A DNA stretch of 6,536 nt from IMG/VR virus record IMGVR_UViG_2734482539_000001, one strand, 5' to 3'. The DNA is from a virus (taxonomy: Duplodnaviria; Heunggongvirae; Uroviricota; Caudoviricetes). A program made the position numbers and the translations under genes. This document shows positions 1 through 6,536 of the stretch, in pieces; positions within the stretch are counted from its first letter, which is position 1; every line of letters begins with the position of its first letter. The notes under the pieces are model-generated. The model was not told where the DNA came from and did no database searches. It worked only from the letters and a program-made list of their open reading frames with translations.

Positions 1-414
1 CAGAGTCTGGTCGGCGGAACGGTGGTCCGGCGTAAGGTTTACGCCCGTTTTCTGGATGCGGTGAACTTCGTCAACGGAAACAGTGACGCCGATCCGGAGC
101 AGGAGGTGATCAGCCGCTGGCGCATTGAGCAGTGCAGCGAACTGAGCGCGGTGAGTGCCTCTTTTGTACTGTCCACGCCGACGGAAACAGATGGCGCTGT
201 TTTTCCGGGACGTATCATGCTGGCCAACACCTGCACCTGGACCTATCGCGGCGATGAGTGCGGTTATCACGGTCCGGCGGTCGCGGATGAATATGACCAG
301 CCAACGTCCGATATCACGAAGGATAAATGCAGCAAATGCCTGAGTGGCTGTAAGTTTCGCAATAACGTCGGCAACTTTGGCGGCTTCCTTTCCATTAACA
401 AACTTTCGCAGTAA
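1..414 (+). CDS. L: Tail tip protein L, C-terminal fragment (5' end lies upstream of the window). Frame is open from nt 1; stop TAA at 412..414.
   Basis: Translation from nt 1 (QSLVGGTVVRRKVYARFLDAVNFVNG...CSKCLSGCKFRNNVGNFGGFLSINKLSQ) matches my recollection of the lambda gpL C-terminus almost residue for residue. Contains the C-terminal cysteine cluster (Cys codons at 232, 259, 328, 337, 349). Position immediately upstream of K is as in lambda. Confidence 0.9.
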   Translation, partial: QSLVGGTVVRRKVYARFLDAVNFVNGNSDADPEQEVISRWRIEQCSELSAVSASFVLSTPTETDGAVFPGRIMLANTCTWTYRGDECGYHGPAVADEYDQPTSDITKDKCSKCLSGCKFRNNVGNFGGFLSINKLSQ

Positions 415-419
415 ATCCC

Positions 420-1163
420 ATGACAGAGACAGAATCAGCGATTCTGGCGCACGCCCGGCGATGTGCTCCAGCGGAGTCGTGCGGCTTCGTGGTAAGAACG
501 CCGGAGGGGGAAAGATATTTCCCCTGCGTGAATATCTCCGGTGAGCCGGAGGCGTATTTCCGTATGTCGCCGGAAGACTGGCTGCAGGCAGAGATGCAGG
601 GTGAGATTGTGGCACTGGTCCACAGCCACCCCGGTGGTCTGCCCTGGCTGAGTGAGGCCGACCGGCGGCTGCAGGTGCAGAGTGATTTGCCGTGGTGGCT
701 GGTCTGCCGGGGGGCGATTCACAAGTTCCGCTGTGTGCCACATCTTACCGGGCGGCGCTTTGAGCACGGGGTGACGGACTGTTACACGCTGTTCCGGGAT
801 GCTTACCATCTGGCGGGGATTGAGATGCCGGATTTTCATCGTGAGGATGACTGGTGGCGTCACGGTCAGAATCTCTATCTGGATAATCTGGAGGCCACAG
901 GGCTGTATCAGGTGCCGTTGTCAGCGGCGCAGCCGGGCGATGTGCTGCTGTGCTGTTTTGGTTCATCGGTGCCGAATCATGCCGCCATTTACTGTGGTGA
1001 CGGCGAGCTGCTGCACCATATTCCTGAACAACTGAGCAAACGAGAGAGGTATACCGACAAATGGCAGCGACGCACACACTCCCTCTGGCGTCACCGGGCA
1101 TGGCGCGCATCTGCCTTTACGGGGATTTACAACGATTTGGCCGCCGCATCGACCTTCGTGTGA
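420..1163 (+). CDS. K: Tail tip assembly protein K, long form of 247 aa with an N-terminal JAB/MPN (JAMM) metalloprotease-like domain and a C-terminal NlpC/P60-like domain. The classical lambda annotation begins at the internal Met at 564 (199 aa).
   Basis: Translation MTETESAILAHARRCAP...VHSHPGGLPWLSEAD... contains an exact H-x-H-x7-S-x2-D JAMM signature (His codons at 621 and 627) and a D-C motif (Cys codon 780..782) typical of NlpC/P60. The last 199 aa match lambda gpK as I recall it. The ATG at 420 lies 5 nt after the L stop; the internal ATG at 564 is preceded by GGAGG (548..552). Confidence 0.88.
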   Translation: MTETESAILAHARRCAPAESCGFVVRTPEGERYFPCVNISGEPEAYFRMSPEDWLQAEMQGEIVALVHSHPGGLPWLSEADRRLQVQSDLPWWLVCRGAIHKFRCVPHLTGRRFEHGVTDCYTLFRDAYHLAGIEMPDFHREDDWWRHGQNLYLDNLEATGLYQVPLSAAQPGDVLLCCFGSSVPNHAAIYCGDGELLHHIPEQLSKRERYTDKWQRRTHSLWRHRAWRASAFTGIYNDLAAASTFV

Positions 1164-1537
1164 AAACGGGGGCTGAAGCCATTCGGGCGCTGGCCATGCA
1201 GATCCCGGCGTTTCGTCAGAAACTGAGCGACGGCTGGTATCAGGTACGGATTTCCGGGCGGGACGTCAGCACGTCCGGATTGACGGCGCAGTTACATGAG
1301 GTTCTGCCTGACGGCGCTGTGATTCATATTGTTCCCAGAGTCGCCGGGGCCAAGTCAGGGGGCGTATTCCAGATTGTCCTGGGAGCAGTCGCCATTGCCG
1401 GATCATTCTTTACCGCCGGAGCCACCCTTGCAGCATGGGGGGCAGCCATTGGGGCCGGTGGTATGACCGGCATCCTGTTTTCTCTCGGTGCCAGTATGGT
1501 ACTTGGTGGTGTGGCGCAGATGCTGGCACCGAAAGCC
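1061..1537 (+). CDS. I: Tail assembly protein I, 5' portion (codons 1-159), running into the assembly gap. Overlaps the 3' end of K by 103 nt in a different frame.
   Basis: Translation MAATHTLPLASPGMARICLYGDLQRFGRRIDLRVKTGAEAIRALA... matches the lambda gpI N-terminus. ATG at 1061 is preceded by GAGAGAGG (1042..1049). The reading frame is broken by the N-run starting at 1538. Confidence 0.8.
1225..1537 (+). repeat. Copy 1 of a 313-bp direct repeat of an internal segment of gene I; the partner is at 1788..2100, roughly 94% identical.
   Basis: By eye, 1225..1537 and 1788..2100 both begin gagcgacggctggtatcagg and end gatgctggcaccgaaagcc, with about 20 scattered, mostly synonymous substitutions. 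Both copies abut the N-run exactly. Confidence 0.85.
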
Positions 1538-1787
1538 NNNNNNNNNNNNNNNNNNNNNNNNNNNNNNNNNNNNNNNNNNNNNNNNNNNNNNNNNNNNNNN
1601 NNNNNNNNNNNNNNNNNNNNNNNNNNNNNNNNNNNNNNNNNNNNNNNNNNNNNNNNNNNNNNNNNNNNNNNNNNNNNNNNNNNNNNNNNNNNNNNNNNNN
1701 NNNNNNNNNNNNNNNNNNNNNNNNNNNNNNNNNNNNNNNNNNNNNNNNNNNNNNNNNNNNNNNNNNNNNNNNNNNNNNNNNNNNNNN
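1538..1787. other. Assembly or scaffold gap: 250 consecutive N.
   Basis: Uninterrupted run of n characters visible directly in the sequence. The six-frame track translates it as X. Confidence 0.98.
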
Positions 1788-2100
1788 GAGCGACGGCTGG
1801 TATCAGGTGCGTATTGCCGGGCAGGATGTTAGCACGTCCGGATTAACGGCACAGTTACATGAGGCTCTGCCTGACGGCGCTGTGATTCATATTGTTCCCA
1901 GAGTCGCCGGGGCCAAGTCAGGTGGTGTATTCCAGATTGTCCTGGGAGCAGCCGCCATTGCCGGATCATTCTTTACCGCCGGAGCCACCCTTGCAGCATG
2001 GGGGGCTGCCATTGGTGCCGGTGGTATGACCGGCATTCTGTTTTCTCTCGGTGCCAGTATGGTGCTCGGCGGTGTGGCTCAGATGCTGGCACCGAAAGCC
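1788..2100 (+). repeat. Copy 2 of the 313-bp direct repeat of the gene I segment; partner at 1225..1537.
   Basis: Same as copy 1. Encodes SDGWYQVRIAGQDVSTSGLTAQLHEALPDG...MLAPKA, the same residues of gpI as copy 1 with a few amino-acid differences (ISGRD/IAGQD, EV/EA, AVAI/AAAI). Confidence 0.85.
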
Positions 2101-2295
2101 AGAACTCCCCGCACACAGACAACGGATAACGGTAAGCAGAACACCTATTTCTCCTCACTGGATAACATGGTTGCCCAGGGCAATGTTATGCCTGTTCTGT
2201 ATGGTGAAATGCGCGTGGGGTCACGTGTGGTATCTCAGGAGATCAGCACGGCAGACGAAGGGGACGGTGGTCAGGTTGTGGTGATTGGTCGCTGA
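1789..2295 (+). CDS. I: Tail assembly protein I, 3' portion after the gap, stop TGA at 2293..2295. The first 312 nt re-encode residues already present before the gap; only 2101..2295 are new gpI residues.
   Basis: Translation ...GVAQMLAPKARTPRTQTTDNGKQNTYFSSLDNMVAQGNVMPVLYGEMRVGSRVVSQEISTADEGDGGQVVVIGR matches the lambda gpI C-terminus. Joining 1061..1537 to 2101..2295 gives 672 nt (223 aa plus stop), the length I recall for lambda I. Confidence 0.8.
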   Translation, partial: SDGWYQVRIAGQDVSTSGLTAQLHEALPDGAVIHIVPRVAGAKSGGVFQIVLGAAAIAGSFFTAGATLAAWGAAIGAGGMTGILFSLGASMVLGGVAQMLAPKARTPRTQTTDNGKQNTYFSSLDNMVAQGNVMPVLYGEMRVGSRVVSQEISTADEGDGGQVVVIGR

Positions 2296-2355
2296 TGCAA
2301 AATGTTTTATGTGAAATCGCCTCCGGGCGGTTTTATCGTTTATGGAGCATGACGA

Positions 2356-5300
2356 ATGGGTAAAGGCAGCAGTAAGGGGCATACCCCGCGCGAAGCGAAG
2401 GACAACCTGAAGTCCACGCAGCTGCTGAGTGTGATCGATGCCATCAGCGAAGGGCCGGTTGAAGGTCCGGTGGATGGATTAAAAAGCGTGCTGCTGAACA
2501 GTACGCCGGTGCTGGACAGTGAGGGGAATACCAACATCTCCGGCGTCACGGTGGTGTTCCGGGCAGGTGAGCAGGAGCAGTCACCGCCGGAGGGATTTGA
2601 ATCCTCCGGCTCCGAGACGGTGCTGGGTACGGAAGTGAAATATGACACGCCGATCACCCGGACCATCACGTCGGCAAACATTGACCGACTGCGTTTTACC
2701 TTCGGTGTACAGGCACTGGTGGAAACCACCTCAAAGGGAGACAGGAATCCGTCTGAAGTTCGCCTGCTGGTTCAGATACAGCGTAACGGTGGCTGGGTGA
2801 CGGAAAAAGACATCACCATTAAGGGCAAAACCACCTCGCAGTATCTGGCCTCGGTGGTGGTGGATAACCTGCCGCCGCGCCCGTTTAATATCCGGATGCG
2901 CAGAATGACGCCGGACAGCACCACAGACCAGCTGCAGAACAAAACGCTCTGGTCGTCATACACCGAAATCATCGATGTGAAACAGTGCTACCCGAACACG
3001 GCACTGGTCGGCGTACAGGTGGATTCGGAGCAGTTCGGCAGCCAGCAGGTGAGCCGTAATTATCATCTTCGCGGGCGCATTCTGCAGGTGCCGTCGAACT
3101 ATAATCCGCAGACGCGGCAATACAGCGGTATCTGGGACGGAACGTTAAAACCGGCATACAGCAACAACATGGCCTGGTGTCTGTGGGATATGCTGACCCA
3201 TCCGCGCTATGGCATGGGGAAACGTCTTGGTGCGGCAGATGTGGATAAATGGGCGCTGTATGTCATCGGCCAGTACTGTGACCAGTCGGTGCCGGACGGC
3301 TTTGGCAGCACGGAGCCGCGCATCACCTGTAATGCCTGGCTGACCACACAGCGCAAGGCGTGGGATGTGCTCAGTGATTTCTGCTCGGCGATGCGCTGTA
3401 TGCCGGTATGGAACGGGCAGACGCTGACGTTCGTGCAGGACCGACAGTCGGATAAGGTGTGGGCCTATAACCGCAGTAATGTGGTGATGCCGGATGATGG
3501 CGCGCCGTTCCGCTACAGTTTCAGCGCCCTGAAAGACCGCCATAATGCCGTTGAGGTGAACTGGATTGACCCGGATAACGGCTGGGAGACGGCGACAGAG
3601 CTTGTGGAGGATACGCAGGCCATTGTCCGTTACGGTCGTAACGTCACGAAGATGGATGCCTTTGGCTGTACCAGCCGGGGGCAGGCACACCGCGCCGGGC
3701 TGTGGCTGATTAAAACGGAACTGCTGGAGACGCAGACCGTGGATTTCAGCGTGGGTGCTGAAGGGCTTCGTCATGTACCGGGCGATGTCATTGAAATCTG
3801 CGATGATGACTATGCCGGTATCCGCACCGGCGGGCGCGTGCTGGCGGTGAACAGCCAGACCCGGACGCTGACGCTCGACCGTGAAATCACGCTGCCATCC
3901 TCCGGCACCACGCTGATAAGCCTGGTTGACGGGCAGGGGAATCCGGTCAGCGTGGAGGTCCAGTCCGTCACCGACGGCGTGAAGGTAAAAGTGAGCCGTG
4001 TTCCTGACGGTGTTGCTGAATACAGCGTGTGGGGGCTGAAGCTGCCGACGCTGCACCAGCGATTGTTCCGCTGCGTGAGTATCCGTGAGAACGACGACGG
4101 CACGTATGCCATCACCGCCGTGCAGCATGTGCCGGAAAAAGAAGCCATCGTGGATAACGGGGCGCACTTTGACGGCGACCAGAGCGGCACGGTGAATGGT
4201 GTCACGCCGCCAGCGGTGCAGCACCTGACTGCCGAAGTCACCGCAGACAGCGGGGAATATCAGGTGCTGGCGCGCTGGGACACGCCGAAGGTGGTGAAGG
4301 GCGTGAGCTTCCTGCTCCGTCTGACCGTAACAGCGGATGACGGCAGTGAGCGGCTGGTCAGCACGGCCCGGACGACGGAAACCACTTACCGCTTCACACA
4401 ACTGGCGCTGGGGAACTACAGGCTGACAGTCCGGGCAGTAAATGCGTGGGGGCAGCAGGGCGATCCGGCGTCGGTATCGTTCCGGATTGCCGCACCGGCA
4501 GCGCTGTCGCGGATTGAGCTGACGCCGGGCTATTTTCAGATAACCGCCACGCCGCATCTTGCGGTTTATGATCCGACGGTACAGTTTGAGTTCTGGTTCT
4601 CGGAAAAGCGGATTGCGGATATCAGGCAGGTTGAAACCACAGCACGCTATCTTGGCACGGCGCTGTACTGGATAGCCGCCAGTATCAATATCAAACCGGG
4701 CCATGATTATTACTTTTATATCCGCAGTGTGAACACCGTTGGCAAATCGGCATTCGTGGAGGCTGTTGGTCAGCCGAGTGATGATGCATCCGGTTATCTG
4801 GATTTTTTCAAAGGCGAGATAGGGAAAACCCATCTGGCTCAGGAGCTGTGGACGCAGATTGATAACGGTCAGCTTGCGCCTGACCTGGCTGAAATCAGGA
4901 CGTCCATTACGGATGTCAGCAATGAAATCACGCAGACCGTCAATAAGAAACTGGAAGACCAGAGTGCGGCAATTCAGCAGATACAGAAGGTTCAGGTTGA
5001 TACAAATAATAACCTGAACAGCATGTGGGCTGTGAAGCTGCAGCAGATGCAGGACGGACGCCTTTATATCGCGGGTATTGGTGCCGGTATTGAGAACACC
5101 CCTGACGGCATGCAGAGTCAGGTGCTGCTGGCGGCGGACAGGATTGCGATGGTTAATCCTGCGAATGGCAACACAAAACCGATGTTTGTTGGTCAGGGCG
5201 ATCAGATATTCATGAACGACGTGTTCCTGAAACGCCTGACGGCCCCCACCATTACCAGCGGTGGAAATCCACCGGCATTTTCCCTGACACCGGACGGAAA

Positions 5301-5835
5301 GCTGACTGCTAAAAATGCGGATATCAGTGGCAGTGTGAATGCGAACGCCGGGACGCTCAACAACGTCACGATTAATGAGAACTGTCAGATTAAGGGGAAA
5401 CTGTCAGCCAATCAGATTGAAGGCGATATTGTCAAAACAGTGGGTAAGGCTTTCCCGCGGGACTCCCGGGCACCGGAGCGGTGGCCATCAGGGACCATTA
5501 CCGTCAGGATTTATGACGATCAGCCTTTTGACCGGCAAATTGTTATTCCAGCGGTGGCATTCTGCGGCGCTAAACATGAGCGGGAGAATAACGATATTTA
5601 TTCGTCATGCCGCCTGATAGTGAAGAAAAATGGTGCTGAAATTTATAACCGTACCGCGCTGGATAATACGCTGATTTACAGTGGTGTTATTGATATGCCA
5701 GCTGGTCACGGCCACATGACGCTGGAGTTTTCGGTGTCAGCATGGCTGGTAAATGACTGGTATCCCACAGCAAGTATCAGCGATTTGCTGGTTGTGGTGA
5801 TGAAGAAAGCCACCGCAGGCATCAGTATCAGCTGA
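2356..5835 (+). CDS. J: Host specificity protein J (central tail fibre / tail tip attachment protein), 1159 aa.
   Basis: Single 3480-nt ORF. The N-terminal roughly 800 aa ([34 protein letters not shown]...) closely match lambda gpJ as I recall it. GGAG at 2344..2347 sits 8 nt upstream of the ATG. Contains tandem fibronectin-III-like segments (about 4201..4800) and ends in a C-terminal block where receptor-binding function resides in lambda. Confidence 0.95.
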   Translation: MGKGSSKGHTPREAKDNLKSTQLLSVIDAISEGPVEGPVDGLKSVLLNSTPVLDSEGNTNISGVTVVFRAGEQEQSPPEGFESSGSETVLGTEVKYDTPITRTITSANIDRLRFTFGVQALVETTSKGDRNPSEVRLLVQIQRNGGWVTEKDITIKGKTTSQYLASVVVDNLPPRPFNIRMRRMTPDSTTDQLQNKTLWSSYTEIIDVKQCYPNTALVGVQVDSEQFGSQQVSRNYHLRGRILQVPSNYNPQTRQYSGIWDGTLKPAYSNNMAWCLWDMLTHPRYGMGKRLGAADVDKWALYVIGQYCDQSVPDGFGSTEPRITCNAWLTTQRKAWDVLSDFCSAMRCMPVWNGQTLTFVQDRQSDKVWAYNRSNVVMPDDGAPFRYSFSALKDRHNAVEVNWIDPDNGWETATELVEDTQAIVRYGRNVTKMDAFGCTSRGQAHRAGLWLIKTELLETQTVDFSVGAEGLRHVPGDVIEICDDDYAGIRTGGRVLAVNSQTRTLTLDREITLPSSGTTLISLVDGQGNPVSVEVQSVTDGVKVKVSRVPDGVAEYSVWGLKLPTLHQRLFRCVSIRENDDGTYAITAVQHVPEKEAIVDNGAHFDGDQSGTVNGVTPPAVQHLTAEVTADSGEYQVLARWDTPKVVKGVSFLLRLTVTADDGSERLVSTARTTETTYRFTQLALGNYRLTVRAVNAWGQQGDPASVSFRIAAPAALSRIELTPGYFQITATPHLAVYDPTVQFEFWFSEKRIADIRQVETTARYLGTALYWIAASINIKPGHDYYFYIRSVNTVGKSAFVEAVGQPSDDASGYLDFFKGEIGKTHLAQELWTQIDNGQLAPDLAEIRTSITDVSNEITQTVNKKLEDQSAAIQQIQKVQVDTNNNLNSMWAVKLQQMQDGRLYIAGIGAGIENTPDGMQSQVLLAADRIAMVNPANGNTKPMFVGQGDQIFMNDVFLKRLTAPTITSGGNPPAFSLTPDGKLTAKNADISGSVNANAGTLNNVTINENCQIKGKLSANQIEGDIVKTVGKAFPRDSRAPERWPSGTITVRIYDDQPFDRQIVIPAVAFCGAKHERENNDIYSSCRLIVKKNGAEIYNRTALDNTLIYSGVIDMPAGHGHMTLEFSVSAWLVNDWYPTASISDLLVVVMKKATAGISIS

Positions 5836-5854
5836 ATTTTATAACCCATATACG

Positions 5855-5878
5855 GGCGCCAGAAATGGCGCCTTTTTT
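5855..5878 (+). terminator. Putative rho-independent terminator downstream of J: 7-bp GC-rich stem (GGCGCCA / TGGCGCC) with a GAAA loop, followed by TTTTTT.
   Basis: Seen directly: ggcgcca (5855..5861), gaaa (5862..5865), tggcgcc (5866..5872), tttttt (5873..5878). The T-run follows the hairpin only on the + strand. Confidence 0.6.
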
Positions 5879-5902
5879 ATTGCAGAAAAGCGAGAGGTAA
5901 TT

Positions 5903-6502
5903 ATGCGTAAAGTTTGTGCAGCCATTTTGTCCGCAGCCATCTGTCTGGCCGTATCCGGTGCGCCTGCATGGGCGTCTGAGCAGCAGGCCACACTGAGCGC
6001 AGGGTATCTTCATGCCCGTACGAACGCTCCCGGCAGCGATGATCTGAACGGGATTAACGTGAAATACCGTTATGAGTTTACGGACACGCTGGGGCTGATT
6101 ACGTCATTCAGTTATGCCAACGCTGAAGATGAGCAAAAAACGCATTACAGCGATACCCGCTGGCATGAAGATTCCGTGCGTAACCGCTGGTTCAGCGTGA
6201 TGGCGGGGCCGTCTGTGCGCGTGAATGAATGGTTCAGCGCGTATGCGATGGCGGGTATGGCTTACAGCCGTGTTTCGACTTTCTCCGGAGATTATCTCCG
6301 CGTAACTGACAACAAGGGGAAAACGCACGATGTGCTGACCGGAAGTGATGACGGTCGCCACAGCAACACGTCTCTGGCGTGGGGAGCTGGCGTGCAGTTT
6401 AACCCGACCGAATCCGTGGCCGTTGACGTCGCTTATGAAGGCTCCGGCAGCGGTGACTGGCGTACCAACAGTTTCATCGTGGGTGTCGGTTATAAATTCT
6501 GA
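5903..6502 (+). CDS. lom: Lom outer-membrane protein (Ail/Lom/PagC/Rck family eight-strand beta-barrel), 199 aa, with a predicted signal peptide (cleavage after AWA, residues 1-24).
   Basis: Translation [64 protein letters not shown]...[10 protein letters not shown] closely matches lambda Lom as I recall it. C-terminal aromatic residue (F) is typical of beta-barrel OMPs. GAGG at 5894..5897 lies 5 nt upstream of the ATG. Position directly downstream of J is as in lambda. Confidence 0.9.
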   Translation: MRKVCAAILSAAICLAVSGAPAWASEQQATLSAGYLHARTNAPGSDDLNGINVKYRYEFTDTLGLITSFSYANAEDEQKTHYSDTRWHEDSVRNRWFSVMAGPSVRVNEWFSAYAMAGMAYSRVSTFSGDYLRVTDNKGKTHDVLTGSDDGRHSNTSLAWGAGVQFNPTESVAVDVAYEGSGSGDWRTNSFIVGVGYKF

Positions 6503-6536
6503 TTAGCCAGGTAACACAGTGTTATGACAGCCCGCC

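Noticed and set aside
155-544. Plus-strand alternative-frame ORFs 155..343 and 344..544, and minus-strand ORF 39..236
   Set aside because: All overlap L or K, whose frames are supported by near-identity to lambda proteins; the translations are Arg/Pro/Ala-rich out-of-frame readings.
435-1110. ORFs 435..863 (-), 745..1110 (-) and 799..1035 (+) inside K
   Set aside because: Embedded in K in other frames or on the other strand; compositionally biased translations; no independent support.
1973-2284. ORFs 1973..2158 (-) and 2051..2284 (+) overlapping the 3' part of I
   Set aside because: Alternative-frame or antisense ORFs within the well-supported I coding region; no motifs or start signals.
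1435-2295. ORFs in the track that read through the N-run (1061..1846, 1435..2295, 1488..1832) as continuous proteins with poly-X
   Set aside because: The apparent continuity is an artefact of translating N as X. The real coding content is gene I on either side of the gap; the reading frame shifts across the gap because it is a scaffold placeholder, not sequence.
2318-2336. Short hairpin (cgcc-tccg-ggcg) followed by TTTTAT between I and J
   Set aside because: The stem is only 4 bp and the T-tract is interrupted, which is too weak to call a terminator. I and J are expected to be co-transcribed in the late operon.
2340-2729. Minus-strand ORF (129 aa) overlapping the J start
   Set aside because: Overlaps the strongly supported J N-terminus; the translation has no recognisable features. 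Antisense artefact.
3810-4241. Antisense ORF (143 aa) inside J
   Set aside because: Same reasoning: embedded in J on the opposite strand, Ser/Thr/Pro/Cys-rich low-complexity translation, no supporting signals.
3145-4833. Long antisense ORF (562 aa, minus strand) lying entirely inside J
   Set aside because: It is fully embedded in the well-supported J coding region. Its translation is dominated by Arg, Pro, Ala and His with no recognisable motif, which is typical of a spurious open frame on the opposite strand of a GC-rich gene. No start-site signals were noted.
5339-5617. Plus-strand alternative-frame ORF (92 aa) inside the 3' end of J
   Set aside because: Out-of-frame with J, Arg-rich translation, no SD; the J frame is supported through to its stop at 5835.
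5828-6361. Minus-strand ORFs 5828..6013 and 6104..6361 overlapping lom
   Set aside because: Antisense to the well-supported lom gene; no recognisable features.
1-6536. Looked for CRISPR arrays, tRNA/rRNA genes, integrase or transposase genes, att-like sites, and inserted defence or anti-defence genes between the tail genes
   Set aside because: None seen. Intergenic spaces are short (5 nt between L and K, 60 nt between I and J, 67 nt between J and lom) and all large ORFs are accounted for by canonical tail genes plus lom. Only the N-run is unassessable.

Overview
This window is the distal tail-tip module of a lambda-like (lambdoid) enterobacterial phage or prophage, all on the + strand in canonical order: 3' end of L (tail tip protein L), K, I, J (host-specificity / central tail fibre protein, 1159 aa) and the lom outer-membrane moron. 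Identification rests on reading the supplied translations against recalled lambda gpL/gpK/gpI/gpJ/Lom sequences and on gene order, spacing and the conserved 103-nt K/I overlap; no search was run. Gene I is interrupted by a 250-nt run of N (1538..1787) flanked by two diverged 313-bp copies of the same I segment, which most likely reflects a scaffold join between contigs from two related prophages rather than biology. I see no inserted defence or anti-defence cassette in the readable sequence; the points most worth follow-up are the gap/duplication in I, the divergent central and C-terminal (receptor-binding) parts of J, the long form of K carrying a complete JAMM motif upstream of the classical start, and the lom moron. 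Nothing here can be called a novel system from sequence alone, and whatever lies in the N-run cannot be assessed.
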